Shown here: positions 38,393 through 47,463 of the stretch, in pieces | How the letters are laid out: each line of letters opens with the position of its first letter | How positions within the stretch are numbered: the first letter of the stretch is position 1 | DNA from: an uncultured Roseicyclus sp. | GTDB taxonomy: Bacteria > Pseudomonadota > Alphaproteobacteria > Rhodobacterales > Rhodobacteraceae | Direction: 5' to 3' | DNA: 64,000 bases | Assembly: GCF_937892565.1 (NCBI RefSeq) | Contig: NZ_CALAHQ010000066.1 | Coordinates: 97,771-161,770, forward strand | Notes under the pieces: generated by a model | What the model was told of the DNA's origin: nothing | Databases searched by the model: none | Seen by the model: the letters and a program-made list of their open reading frames with translations, nothing else | Position numbers and translations under genes: made by a program

Positions 38393-39232
38393 TTAGCGGA
38401 TCACCTGCGGGCGAATGCGCAGGCGCTGGCGTTCGGCATTGGGCAAATGGCGGTTGAGCCGCCGGTTGATTACCGCAAAGCCCCAGATGATGCCCAGCGT
38501 CAGGATCACGAAGTAGATCGCGACGATCGGGTAGGGGACGAAGGGGTTAAAGGTGCGGTCGGCAAAGTAGTTGGCGTAATAAAGCGCGTCGCCACGTTGC
38601 TGAAACGCCGGGAAGGACGAAAAGAACACCAGCGCGGTGGCGTGGAACAAAAAGATCGCCTCATTGGTGTAGGCGGGCCATGCCAGCCGCATGGTTGTGG
38701 GAAAGGTGATGCGGCGGAATTTCTTCCAGCCCGACAGGCCAAAGGCGTCCGCGGCCTCCAGATCGCCCTTGGGCACGGCCCGCAGCGCGCCATAAAAGAT
38801 TTCCGCCGTATAGGCCGAGGTGTTGAGAAACAGCACGATCAGCGCGCCCAGCCAAGCCCGCGCGAACCAGCGTGTCTCGGCCGCGATGTCCACCCCAAGC
38901 AGGGTGAATTCGAACCCGATACGCGGCAACATCACAAAGGCCTCATAGGCCATGAAGAACTGAATGAAGAGCGGCGAGCCGCGGAAGATGAAGATGAACC
39001 ATTCGGCCGGCTTGCGCAGCGCACGGGTGGGGCTGGCCTTGGCCACCGCCAGCGCGACCGCGAAGACAAAGCCAAAACCAAGCGCCAGAATGCCGAAATA
39101 GACATTCCAGATCATCCCCGACCCGATCAGCACGACCTGTTGGCACAAGGTGATGTCAGCTTGCGGCAACAGCCGCTCACCGATCCCCAGCGCGCGCAGG
39201 CCATAGGCTTCAAGGGCTTGGGCGCAGATCAT
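38393..39232 (-). CDS. polar amino-acid/opine ABC transporter permease (HisM/OccM-like)
   Basis: 279 aa. EAA-type loop EAADAFGLSGWKKFRRITFP. The start overlaps the upstream stop. Confidence 0.85.
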   Translation of the reverse strand: MICAQALEAYGLRALGIGERLLPQADITLCQQVVLIGSGMIWNVYFGILALGFGFVFAVALAVAKASPTRALRKPAEWFIFIFRGSPLFIQFFMAYEAFVMLPRIGFEFTLLGVDIAAETRWFARAWLGALIVLFLNTSAYTAEIFYGALRAVPKGDLEAADAFGLSGWKKFRRITFPTTMRLAWPAYTNEAIFLFHATALVFFSSFPAFQQRGDALYYANYFADRTFNPFVPYPIVAIYFVILTLGIIWGFAVINRRLNRHLPNAERQRLRIRPQVIR

Positions 39233-40110
39233 GCCGTGGCCTTTCTGAGCGCTTCGCCCGCCGCCGTCGCCTGTCCGCGGCTCAGCCGCTGCGTCAGCCA
39301 CGCCAATGCGATCTCGGAAACCCGTGTGAGGCACAGGTAAAAGACCAACAGCCCCAGAAAATACCAAAACCGCCAGTCAGGGTGGGGATACTGATAGGAT
39401 GAATTGCGCGATCCGCCCAATTCGCGCGCCCAATAGACGACGTCTTCGATCCCCAGCAAGAACAACAGCGGCGTGGCCTTGATCAGGATGAGCCAGATAT
39501 TGCCAAGCCCCGGAAGCGCGTAGATCCACATTTGCGGCACCAGAACGCGCCAGAATACCTGTGCGCGCGACATGCCATAGGCTTCGGCGGTTTCAAGCTG
39601 GGCATGGGGCACGGCACGCATGGCCCCGTAAAGAACATTGCCGCAAAACGCGCCAAAGACGATGGCATAGGTGAACACCGCCAGTGCGAACCCATAGACC
39701 TCATGCACCCATTGCGGCGCATTGCTGGATGGGGTGCGCGCCTCGGGGCAGACAAGAAAATTCGCGCCTTGGCGGATCTCTTCGGGCCAGTCGGGGCAAT
39801 TGATCTGGTGGCGCAGATATTCGATGGCCTGATCGAGCACGAGAATGAAAAACAGGAAAAACACGATGTCGGGCACGCCGCGCACCATCGCGGTGTAAAG
39901 CTTGCCCAGCCATGCGACCGGCAGCATCCGCGCCCGCGATGCGGCGGCGGCCCCAAACCCAAAGGCGAGGCTGACGGGCGCTGTCACGGCCAAAAGCGCA
40001 AATACCACAAGAAAGGACTGGTAGAACAGCGCATGCGCGCCATTGGTCAGGTAGCAGCTGAACCAGCGGAATGTGTCGAGCGTGGATGGATCGGTGCAGA
40101 ATTCGAACAT
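39229..40110 (-). CDS. polar amino-acid/opine ABC transporter permease (HisQ/OccQ-like)
   Basis: 293 aa. ETAEAYGMSRAQVFWRVLVPQM loop. Confidence 0.85.
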   Translation of the reverse strand: MFEFCTDPSTLDTFRWFSCYLTNGAHALFYQSFLVVFALLAVTAPVSLAFGFGAAAASRARMLPVAWLGKLYTAMVRGVPDIVFFLFFILVLDQAIEYLRHQINCPDWPEEIRQGANFLVCPEARTPSSNAPQWVHEVYGFALAVFTYAIVFGAFCGNVLYGAMRAVPHAQLETAEAYGMSRAQVFWRVLVPQMWIYALPGLGNIWLILIKATPLLFLLGIEDVVYWARELGGSRNSSYQYPHPDWRFWYFLGLLVFYLCLTRVSEIALAWLTQRLSRGQATAAGEALRKATA

Positions 40111-40132
40111 CGGGTCCCGTGGCGGGCGGCGT

Positions 40133-40161
40133 GCATGCGTATTTTTGGAAAGATGAAGGGC
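40133..40161 (+). repeat. second repeat type, copy G (GCATGCGTATTTTTGGAAAGATGAAGGGC)
   Basis: Lies between the SBP and permease genes of the ABC operon, antisense to the operon. Confidence 0.8.
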
Positions 40162-40230
40162 GGGGTGCGACGCTGCCCCCCGGTCGAGGAAAACGGGGGC
40201 CGGGCCCGAGGCCGGCCCCCGTCAGGTCGA

Positions 40231-40950
40231 TCAGAAGGTTGCAGCCTCGGGGCCGAACCACTGCAAGATCAGCGCGTTGAGCGTGCCGTCTTGCTTCATC
40301 GAGGTGATCGCCGCGTCAAAACCCTCGCGGCGCGCGTCACCCTCGCGCAGCGCCATGCCGACGCCGCCACCAAGCTGCACGGGTTCGCCCACGATCATCA
40401 GATCGGCATCCTCGTTGGCGATGGGCAACAGGTAATCGCCATCGGCGAACACGGCGTCTGCCTCGCCGTTGCGGACGGCGGCGACGGTTTCATCGGGGGT
40501 GGCGAATTCGATCAGCGTGGCGCCCGACGCGGCGATATAGCCCGCCTGGATCGTGTTGGTCTGGGCCGCGACGACCGCGCCTTCGAGGGTGAAATCCTCG
40601 GACAGGGCCATGAACAGCGATTCCGCCGGCGGGAAATAGGGTTGCGTGAAATCGACGATCGCCTCGCGTTCCTCGGTGATCGACATGCCGGCGATGATGG
40701 TGTCGTAATTGCCCGAGGTCAGGTTGGGGATGATGCTGTCCCAATCATTCTTGACCCATGTGCAGGTCAGCTGGGCGCGGACGCACAATTCGTCGCCCAG
40801 ATCCCGCTCGAAGCCGGCGATTTCGCCTTGGTCGTTGATGAAGTTGTACGGAGGATAGGCGCCCTCCGTGCCCATGCGCACGACGTCCTGGGCGCTTGCC
40901 GCACCCGCACAAAGTGCCAGAAGGCTGGCGGAAAGGATCAGGTGTTTCAT
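40231..40950 (-). CDS. periplasmic polar amino-acid/opine-binding protein (family 3 SBP)
   Basis: Signal peptide MKHLILSASLLALCAGAASA-QD. GTEGAYPPYNF and DTIIAGMSIT motifs. Confidence 0.85.
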   Translation of the reverse strand: MKHLILSASLLALCAGAASAQDVVRMGTEGAYPPYNFINDQGEIAGFERDLGDELCVRAQLTCTWVKNDWDSIIPNLTSGNYDTIIAGMSITEEREAIVDFTQPYFPPAESLFMALSEDFTLEGAVVAAQTNTIQAGYIAASGATLIEFATPDETVAAVRNGEADAVFADGDYLLPIANEDADLMIVGEPVQLGGGVGMALREGDARREGFDAAITSMKQDGTLNALILQWFGPEAATF

Positions 40951-40988
40951 CTTTTGGTCTCCCGGTTATGTGGTGGGTCGATCTTGCC

Positions 40989-41777
40989 TCAGGCCAGTGT
41001 CAGATGGCTGAGGAATTGTTGCAGGCGCCCGGATTTCGGGGCGCCAAACAGCGCGGCGGGCGGGCCTTGTTCCTCGATCCGGCCCTGATGCAGAAAGATC
41101 GTGTGGCTCGACAGGTCGCGTGCCATGCGCATGTCGTGGGTCACAAGGATCATGGTGCGGCCTTCTGCGGCCAGCGCGCGGATCACGCGCACCACCTCTT
41201 GCTCAAGCTCGGGATCAAGTGCGGATGTCGGTTCATCGAAGAGCAGCGCGCGCGGTTCCATGCACAGCGCCCGCGCGATGGCTGCGCGCTGCTGCTGGCC
41301 GCCGGACAGTTGCGCGGGCCAGGCGTCGGCCTTGTCGGCGATGCCCACTTTTTCCAGATAGCCGCGCGCGCGCGCCTCGACCTCGGCTCGGGGCTGGCCC
41401 AAGACGGTGACGGGGGCCTCCATCACGTTTTGCAGGATCGTCAGATGGGACCACAGGTTGAACTGCTGGAACACCATGGACAGGTTGGTGCGGATGCGGC
41501 GGATCTGTTCGGCGTCTGCGGGGCGGCGGCGGTGGCCCGTGCCTGTCCAGCGCACCGGTTCGCCTTCAAAGACAATCTCGCCCTCCTGGCTGTCTTCGAG
41601 CAGGTTGGCGCAGCGCAGTAGTGTGGATTTGCCCGAGCCGGACGATCCGATCAGCGCGATCACATCGCCGGCATGGGCGGTCAGATCAACACCGCGCAGC
41701 ACCTCGAGCGGCCCGAAGCTTTTGTGCAGGCCGCTGATCCTTATGACCGGTTGTCTGGCCGCATCTGCCCCAGGCAT
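40989..41777 (-). CDS. polar amino-acid ABC transporter ATP-binding protein (HisP/OccP-like)
   Basis: Walker A GSSGSGKST, signature LSGGQQQRAAIARAL, Walker B LLFDEPTSALD. Confidence 0.9.
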   Translation of the reverse strand: MPGADAARQPVIRISGLHKSFGPLEVLRGVDLTAHAGDVIALIGSSGSGKSTLLRCANLLEDSQEGEIVFEGEPVRWTGTGHRRRPADAEQIRRIRTNLSMVFQQFNLWSHLTILQNVMEAPVTVLGQPRAEVEARARGYLEKVGIADKADAWPAQLSGGQQQRAAIARALCMEPRALLFDEPTSALDPELEQEVVRVIRALAAEGRTMILVTHDMRMARDLSSHTIFLHQGRIEEQGPPAALFGAPKSGRLQQFLSHLTLA

Positions 41778-41897
41778 GCAGGCTGTGTCCCCATGATGAT
41801 CCGAGGATTTGCACCGAAGCCTTGCAGGAATGCAACTGCGATATCGGCATTGACCCTAGGGCAAGATGTCTGGCTGCCCCTTTTGCGTGCCCCTTGA

Positions 41898-42623
41898 TCA
41901 GGGATTGGGCGGCACTGACATCGCAAGATAGGCGGCGGCATCGATCTGGACAAAGCCCCGCAGGTCAAGCGCGCTGAGGGTTTCCGCGGGCAACCCGGCC
42001 AGCGCCGCTGTCAAGGCGGCCCGGATCGGGGCCGGATCATGGGCCCTGGCGGTGATCAAGGGCAGGCCGGGCGTGGGTGAGGTGCGCGCGATTTCCAGCC
42101 CGGGATCGGTGCCCGCGTGGCGCACAAGCAAGCGCCATGTCTGGGCATCGATCGCGGCCAGATCGGCCTGCCCCTCGGCCACGGCACGCGCCGAGGCGGC
42201 ATGAGCGCCCGTGACCGTCACCGCCCCAAGGTCCAGACGCTGCATGGCGGCCCATTCGTGCAGGGCGGCCCAGCCCGATTGGCTGAGCGGGTCGTTGATG
42301 GCGATGCGTGGGCGATGGGGCAGGCAGGCATCGCGCGCGATCAGAACCGAGTTGTAAAACCCCGGTGGACAGCCCGGCAGCCCATAGTCGGGCGTTGCCA
42401 CCAGCCGGACATCGCGATGCAGCCCGGCACGGAACGGAAGGCCACAGGTCTGGGCCAGTATCAGTGTCGGATCGCGCCAGATCGCCCAGAGATCATCGGC
42501 GCGTGCCAGCCCCTCGGGGGCGTCGATGTCTTGGGCCCGCAGCGCATCGCGGATCGCCGCCCAAAGCGCATCTGTCGCGGCCCGCATTTCGGCGCGGTCA
42601 TACATGGGCAGGGCAGCAATCAT
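41898..42623 (-). CDS. PhnD/SsuA-like periplasmic-binding-fold protein without an evident signal peptide
   Basis: 241 aa from MIAALPMYDR. Resembles the phosphonate-SBP-like family. The assignment is from memory of the family pattern only. Confidence 0.5.
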   Translation of the reverse strand: MIAALPMYDRAEMRAATDALWAAIRDALRAQDIDAPEGLARADDLWAIWRDPTLILAQTCGLPFRAGLHRDVRLVATPDYGLPGCPPGFYNSVLIARDACLPHRPRIAINDPLSQSGWAALHEWAAMQRLDLGAVTVTGAHAASARAVAEGQADLAAIDAQTWRLLVRHAGTDPGLEIARTSPTPGLPLITARAHDPAPIRAALTAALAGLPAETLSALDLRGFVQIDAAAYLAMSVPPNP

Positions 42624-42630
42624 TGTGGCG

Positions 42631-43080
42631 TCAATCGCGGTAATGGGCGTCTTCAACGCGTTTGCGCGCCAGATTGCTGTCACGATCATTGATGCCCAGC
42701 ATGGGCGCCACCATGCGCAACAGCGCGTCTTCGGCATGGTCGCGCGCGCCATCGGCCAGCACGATGAACCACATGGCCTCGATCACATGGACACGGTCCT
42801 CATAGGGGACGCAATCCTTGATCGCGCGGGTGAAGCGGACGGTATCGGGGGCGTCGGCCTCGAGCGTTTCGGCGTCATGGCGCAGCGCTTGGGCTTGGCG
42901 CGTGTCCAGCCGGTAGCGATGGGCCAATACGGCATCGATCTGGTCGCGCTCGATCTGGGCGTAATCGCCATCGGCACGCGCAATGCGCACCAAGAGCGCA
43001 GACAGCGCAAGGCGCGAGTCCTCAAAGGCAAGCGGGGCGGGGGCGGGGGCCGTCAAGCGGCGCAAGAGATCGGCGAACAT
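42631..43080 (-). CDS. TerB-family (tellurite-resistance-like) protein
   Basis: 149 aa. LALSALLVRIARADGDYAQIERDQI...VIEAMWFIVLADG is the TerB-type helical pattern. Confidence 0.6.
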   Translation of the reverse strand: MFADLLRRLTAPAPAPLAFEDSRLALSALLVRIARADGDYAQIERDQIDAVLAHRYRLDTRQAQALRHDAETLEADAPDTVRFTRAIKDCVPYEDRVHVIEAMWFIVLADGARDHAEDALLRMVAPMLGINDRDSNLARKRVEDAHYRD

Positions 43081-43124
43081 GGCGCTTGGTATAGAATGCG
43101 CGGGCGAAATAGGAAAGTGCGGTG

Positions 43125-43991
43125 TCAGGGGATGCGGATGGTGCCTTCGGCGATCTTGACCGCCGCGCCCGCGACCCGGATCGCGCCAAGCGCGCCGCCG
43201 CTGACGTCGATGGCAAGGCGCAAGTCCGAAGGGCGGCCCATTTCGACGCCTTGCCGCAGGTGCAAGGTCGTGGTGCCCTCGGGCAGGGCGCCATTGGCCA
43301 AAAGCTGGCCGGCAAGGATCGCGGTGGCCGATCCCGTGGCCGGGTCCTCGGGGATGCCTGTGCCGGGGGAAAACATGCGCGCCCGCAGGCCGTCCGGGGT
43401 GGCGGCATAAAGATAGGCGCTGTCGACGCGAGCGGCTGCCATTGCCTCGGACCAGCCCGGCTCGATCGGGCGGGCTTTGGCCAGCGCCGCAAGGCCGGTG
43501 ACGGGCACATAAAGAAAGGCAGGCCCCCCCTGCCAGACGCCGGGCGCATGAGGGCCGATATCGACAGGCCGCAGATCAAGCGCACGGGCGATCAGCGCAT
43601 GCGGGGGGACGGGGGCGTGGCGCAGGGGAATTTTAGGGGCGGTGAATTCGGCCAGCATGCCGTCGCCATCGCGGGTGATGCGGACAGGGACAAGGCCCGC
43701 GACCTCTTCCAGCGTTACCAGCGAGGCGCCGCCGCTGGCCAGATGCAGGGCACAACCGATCGTGGGATGGCCGGCGAACGGGATTTCGGCGGTGGGAAAA
43801 AAGATCCGCACCTTGGCAGTATGGGCCGGGTCATCGGGGGGCTGGATGAAAAGGGTTTCCGACAGGTTGAACTGGCGGGCAAGGGTCTGCATCTGTGCGC
43901 CGGTCAGCCCGCCCGCGCCTTCGACAATGGCAAGCGGGTTGCCGCTGAAGGGTGTCGTGGTGAACACATCATAGATGTGAAAACGAAGCAT
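43125..43991 (-). CDS. PhzF-family isomerase
   Basis: 288 aa from MLRFHIYDVFTTTPFSGNPLAIV. ETLFIQPP, FAGHPTIG and EDPATGSA motifs. Confidence 0.85.
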   Translation of the reverse strand: MLRFHIYDVFTTTPFSGNPLAIVEGAGGLTGAQMQTLARQFNLSETLFIQPPDDPAHTAKVRIFFPTAEIPFAGHPTIGCALHLASGGASLVTLEEVAGLVPVRITRDGDGMLAEFTAPKIPLRHAPVPPHALIARALDLRPVDIGPHAPGVWQGGPAFLYVPVTGLAALAKARPIEPGWSEAMAAARVDSAYLYAATPDGLRARMFSPGTGIPEDPATGSATAILAGQLLANGALPEGTTTLHLRQGVEMGRPSDLRLAIDVSGGALGAIRVAGAAVKIAEGTIRIP

Positions 43992-44167
43992 GGCGGACCC
44001 CCTTGGTGGTTTGGCGCACAAGGGACCATTGCGGGGCGCCAGAGGCAAGGGGGGCGCGGTCGCGCCCGGCCAGCGCCACCCAAAGCGGCTGCATGCCGGA
44101 CAAAGATCCATGGGATTGTCTGGCAAAGGCGCGAATCCTTTGACACCTTGGCCCTGTTGCAGTAGTG

Positions 44168-44187
44168 AATTGAACAAACGTTCAATT
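44168..44187. promoter_or_regulatory. palindrome AATTGAAC-AAAC-GTTCAATT upstream of ivd (candidate liu operator)
   Basis: 8-bp perfect arms. It ends 19 nt before the ivd ATG, immediately 5' of the GAAGGGA RBS. Confidence 0.4.
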
Positions 44188-44205
44188 ACCGAAGGGATTG
44201 GCGCC

Positions 44206-45369
44206 ATGTTCCTTGGATCCATGCGGTTCGATCTGGGCGATGAGGTGAACGCCCTGCGCGAGATGGTGCACCGCTTTGCACAGGAACGCGTCAAGCCGCT
44301 GGCGGCCCAGACCGACCGCAGCAATGCCTTTCCAGATCATCTCTGGACCGAGATGGGCGCGCTTGGGCTTTTGGGCATCACCGTCGAAGAGGCGTTCGGC
44401 GGAGCGGGCATGGGCTATCTTGCCCATACCGTCGCGGTCGAGGAAATCAGCCGTGCATCGGCCTCGGTCGGGCTGAGCTACGGGGCGCATTCCAACCTGT
44501 GCGTGAACCAGATCCGGTTGAACGGGACAGAGCAGCAAAAGGCGCGCTATCTGCCGAAACTCGTCTCGGGCGAACATGTCGGCGCGCTGGCCATGTCCGA
44601 GGCAGGGGCGGGATCGGATGTGGTGGCAATGCAGCTGCGCGCCGACAAACGCCACGACCACTATGTGCTGAACGGCACGAAATACTGGATCACCAATGGT
44701 CCCGATGCCGATACGCTGGTGGTCTATGCCAAGACCGATCCGGGCGCTGGGTCCAAGGGGATCACCGCCTTCATCGTGGAAAAGACGATGCAAGGCTTCA
44801 GCACCTCGGGCCATTTCGACAAGCTGGGCATGCGCGGTTCCAACACCGCCGAACTGGTGTTCGACAATGTGGAGGTGCCCTTCGAGAATGTGCTGGGCGC
44901 ACAGGGGCGTGGCGTGCGCGTCTTGATGTCGGGTCTCGACTATGAGCGCGTCGTGCTGTCGGGGGTGAACATCGGGATCATGGCGGGCTGTCTGGATGAG
45001 GTCATGCCCTACATGGCGACGCGCAAGCAGTTCGGCCAGCCGGTGGGCAGTTTTCAGCTGATGCAGGGCAAGATCGCCGACATGTATACCGCGCTCAACA
45101 CCGCGCGCGCCTATGCCTATGAGGTGGCGCGCGCGTGCGACCGGGGCGAGGTCACGCGCCAGGATGCGGCGGCCTGTGTGCTCTATGCCTCGGAGGAGGG
45201 GATGAAGGTCGCCCATCAGGCCGTGCAGGCGATGGGGGGGGCGGGGTTTCTGGCCGACAGCCCGGTCGCGCGCATGTTCCGCGATGCCAAGCTGATGGAG
45301 ATCGGCGCCGGCACCAGCGAGATCCGGCGCATGCTGATCGGGCGCGAGTTGATGGCGGCGATGGCATAG
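44206..45369 (+). CDS. ivd: isovaleryl-CoA dehydrogenase
   Basis: 387-aa acyl-CoA dehydrogenase (GLLGITVEE, YWITNGP, MRGSNT, EIGAGTSEIRR). Its position at the head of the mcc/hmgL cluster supports IVD. Confidence 0.9.
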   Translation: MFLGSMRFDLGDEVNALREMVHRFAQERVKPLAAQTDRSNAFPDHLWTEMGALGLLGITVEEAFGGAGMGYLAHTVAVEEISRASASVGLSYGAHSNLCVNQIRLNGTEQQKARYLPKLVSGEHVGALAMSEAGAGSDVVAMQLRADKRHDHYVLNGTKYWITNGPDADTLVVYAKTDPGAGSKGITAFIVEKTMQGFSTSGHFDKLGMRGSNTAELVFDNVEVPFENVLGAQGRGVRVLMSGLDYERVVLSGVNIGIMAGCLDEVMPYMATRKQFGQPVGSFQLMQGKIADMYTALNTARAYAYEVARACDRGEVTRQDAAACVLYASEEGMKVAHQAVQAMGGAGFLADSPVARMFRDAKLMEIGAGTSEIRRMLIGRELMAAMA

Positions 45370-45373
45370 GCGG

Positions 45374-45667
45374 ATGGGGCGGATGGGGCACGGGCTGATC
45401 CTTCCCTTGGTGGCGCTGGTGGCGATTGGGGCGGCCTTTGGGCTGTGGTTGGGGCTGCGCGCAGAACCGCCCGGCGAAACCGAGATCATCACGGCGCAGG
45501 CCGCGCGCTATGTGGCCGAAACGGGCGGTTCCGCCACCGATTGCGCGGCCCGACCCGCAGCTGTGCCGGGTGTGCGGCTGGTCGTGATCTGTGGGTCGGA
45601 CTGGGCGGTGGCGGTCGACGACTGGGGCCGCCCCGTGGCGCCGCCCAAGCTGGGGTCTCAGCTGTGA
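45374..45667 (+). CDS. small hypothetical membrane-anchored protein
   Basis: 97 aa with one N-terminal TM ([22 protein letters not shown]). Fills the ivd-mccB gap. No family recognised. Confidence 0.4.
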   Translation: MGRMGHGLILPLVALVAIGAAFGLWLGLRAEPPGETEIITAQAARYVAETGGSATDCAARPAAVPGVRLVVICGSDWAVAVDDWGRPVAPPKLGSQL

Positions 45668-45737
45668 GGGGCAGGGTGCAGCGGACAAAGCCCCGGCCCT
45701 GTCGTTTCGATCAGCTCAGCAAAAGGTGCAGGCGGCC

Positions 45738-47339
45738 ATGAAACTTGCCACATCCCTGGTTCCCGGATCGCCCGATGCGCGCGCCAACCGTGCCGCCCAT
45801 CTGGCGGCGCTGGCCGAGATCGCCCTGGCCGCGGCCTTGGCTGCGGCAGGCGGCGGCGATGTCGCGCGCGCGCGCCATCTGGCCCGCGGCAAGATGCTGC
45901 CGCGCGACCGGGTGGCCAATCTTCTTGATCCTGCGTCACCCTTTCTGGAGGTGGGGGCCACTGCGGGCCACGGGCGTCACGCGGGGGCGGCCCCCGGCGG
46001 TGGTGTGATCGCGGGTGTCGGTCTGGTCGAGGGGCGGCAGGTGATGGTCATCTGCAATGACGCCACCGTGAAGGGTGGCACCTATTTTCCGATCACGGTG
46101 AAAAAGCACCTTCGCGCCCAAGAGATCGCCGAGCAGTGCCGCCTGCCGTGCATTTATCTGGTCGATAGCGGGGGGGCGAACCTGCCCAATCAAGACGAGG
46201 TCTTTCCCGACCGCGACCATTTCGGGCGCATCTTTTTCAATCAGGCCAAGATGAGCGCCGCCGGCATCGCACAGATCGCGGTGGTGATGGGATCCTGTAC
46301 CGCAGGTGGGGCCTATGTTCCGGCGATGTCGGATGTCTCGATCATCGTGAAGGGGCAGGGCACGATCTTTCTGGCAGGCCCCCCCTTGGTCAAGGCCGCA
46401 ACCGGCGAGGTGGTGAGCGCCGAGGATCTGGGCGGCGGCGATGTGCATACGCGGCTGTCGGGGGTGGCAGACTATCTGGCCGAGGATGACGCCCATGCGC
46501 TGGCACTGGCGCGGCGCGCGGTGCGCTCGCTTGGGCCGGGGGGCGGGACAAGTCCCGCCCTACGGGGCCGTGACCCGGCCTATGACCCCGATGAGCTTTT
46601 GGATGTGGTGCCGGCGTCTTTGGCCACGCCCTATGACATCCGCGAGGTCATCGCGCGCATCGTTGATGACAGTTGGTTCGATGAATTCAAGCCGCGCTTC
46701 GGCGAGACCATCGTGACGGGTTTCGCGCAGGTGATGGGCATGGATGTGGGGATCGTGGCCAACAATGGCGTGCTGTTTTCCGAAAGCGCGCAGAAGGCCG
46801 CGCATTTCGTGCAGTTGTGTTCGCAGCGCAAGATCCCCTTGGTGTTCCTGCAGAACATCACCGGCTTCATGGTCGGGCGCAAATACGAGAACGAGGGCAT
46901 CGCCCGGCACGGCGCCAAGATGGTGACAGCGGTCGCCACGACGGCCGTGCCCAAGATCACCATGCTGGTCGGCGGGTCGTTCGGGGCGGGCAATTACGGC
47001 ATGGCGGGCCGGGCCTTTGATCCGCGCTTTTTGTGGTCTTGGCCAAATTCCCGCATTGCAGTGATGGGGGGGGCGCAGGCGGCGGGGGTTTTGGCCAGCG
47101 TCAAGCGCGACGCCTTGGAGCGGTCCGGGAAGGCATGGTCGGCGGAAGAGGAGGCCGAGTTCAGGCGCCCCACAATCGACATGTTCGAGCGGCAGTCGCA
47201 TCCGCTTTATGCCAGCGCGCGGCTTTGGGATGACGGGGTGGTCGACCCGCGCAAGTCGCGCGAGGTTCTGGGCTTGAGCCTTGCGGCGGCACTCAACGCG
47301 CCCATCGAGGAGACGCGCTTTGGCGTGTTTCGGATGTAG
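45738..47339 (+). CDS. mccB: methylcrotonoyl-CoA carboxylase, carboxyltransferase (beta) subunit
   Basis: 533 aa from [10 protein letters not shown]. Acyl-CoA carboxyltransferase domains ([36 protein letters not shown]). Confidence 0.9.
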   Translation: MKLATSLVPGSPDARANRAAHLAALAEIALAAALAAAGGGDVARARHLARGKMLPRDRVANLLDPASPFLEVGATAGHGRHAGAAPGGGVIAGVGLVEGRQVMVICNDATVKGGTYFPITVKKHLRAQEIAEQCRLPCIYLVDSGGANLPNQDEVFPDRDHFGRIFFNQAKMSAAGIAQIAVVMGSCTAGGAYVPAMSDVSIIVKGQGTIFLAGPPLVKAATGEVVSAEDLGGGDVHTRLSGVADYLAEDDAHALALARRAVRSLGPGGGTSPALRGRDPAYDPDELLDVVPASLATPYDIREVIARIVDDSWFDEFKPRFGETIVTGFAQVMGMDVGIVANNGVLFSESAQKAAHFVQLCSQRKIPLVFLQNITGFMVGRKYENEGIARHGAKMVTAVATTAVPKITMLVGGSFGAGNYGMAGRAFDPRFLWSWPNSRIAVMGGAQAAGVLASVKRDALERSGKAWSAEEEAEFRRPTIDMFERQSHPLYASARLWDDGVVDPRKSREVLGLSLAAALNAPIEETRFGVFRM

Positions 47340-47408
47340 AGGGGGCTTTGCCGTCGCGATTGTCACTCGGACCAATGGCGCGACCATGGCGACCCTTCGG
47401 CTTCCCCC

Positions 47409-47432
47409 GGAGTATTTGGAAAGCAAAGATGG
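47409..47432 (+). repeat. dispersed intergenic repeat, copy A (GGAGTATTTGGAAAGCAAAGATGG)
   Basis: In the mccB / NTF2-like spacer. See the findings for the alignment with copies B, C, E and K. Confidence 0.8.
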
Positions 47433-47463
47433 CCCGATCGGCTGTGCGAGAAGGAGAGCGCTC

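Noticed and set aside
41822-41835. Short palindrome TTGCA-GGAA-TGCAA upstream of the ABC operon.
   Set aside because: The arms are only 5 bp, there is a single copy, and no known motif matched. That is too weak to call an operator.
41871-41890. TGGCTG-N-TTTGC (plus strand) and its complement GGCACG...GGGGCA looked sigma54-like, upstream of the ABC/amine operon.
   Set aside because: The GG-to-GC spacing is 11 nt on one strand and 12 nt on the other, instead of the required 10. The plus-strand version points away from the operon.
45369-45386. Direct 9-bp duplication GGCGGATGG-GGCGGATGG at the start of the small ORF after ivd.
   Set aside because: It is too short and a single occurrence. It is probably a trivial duplication that merely creates two in-frame ATGs.
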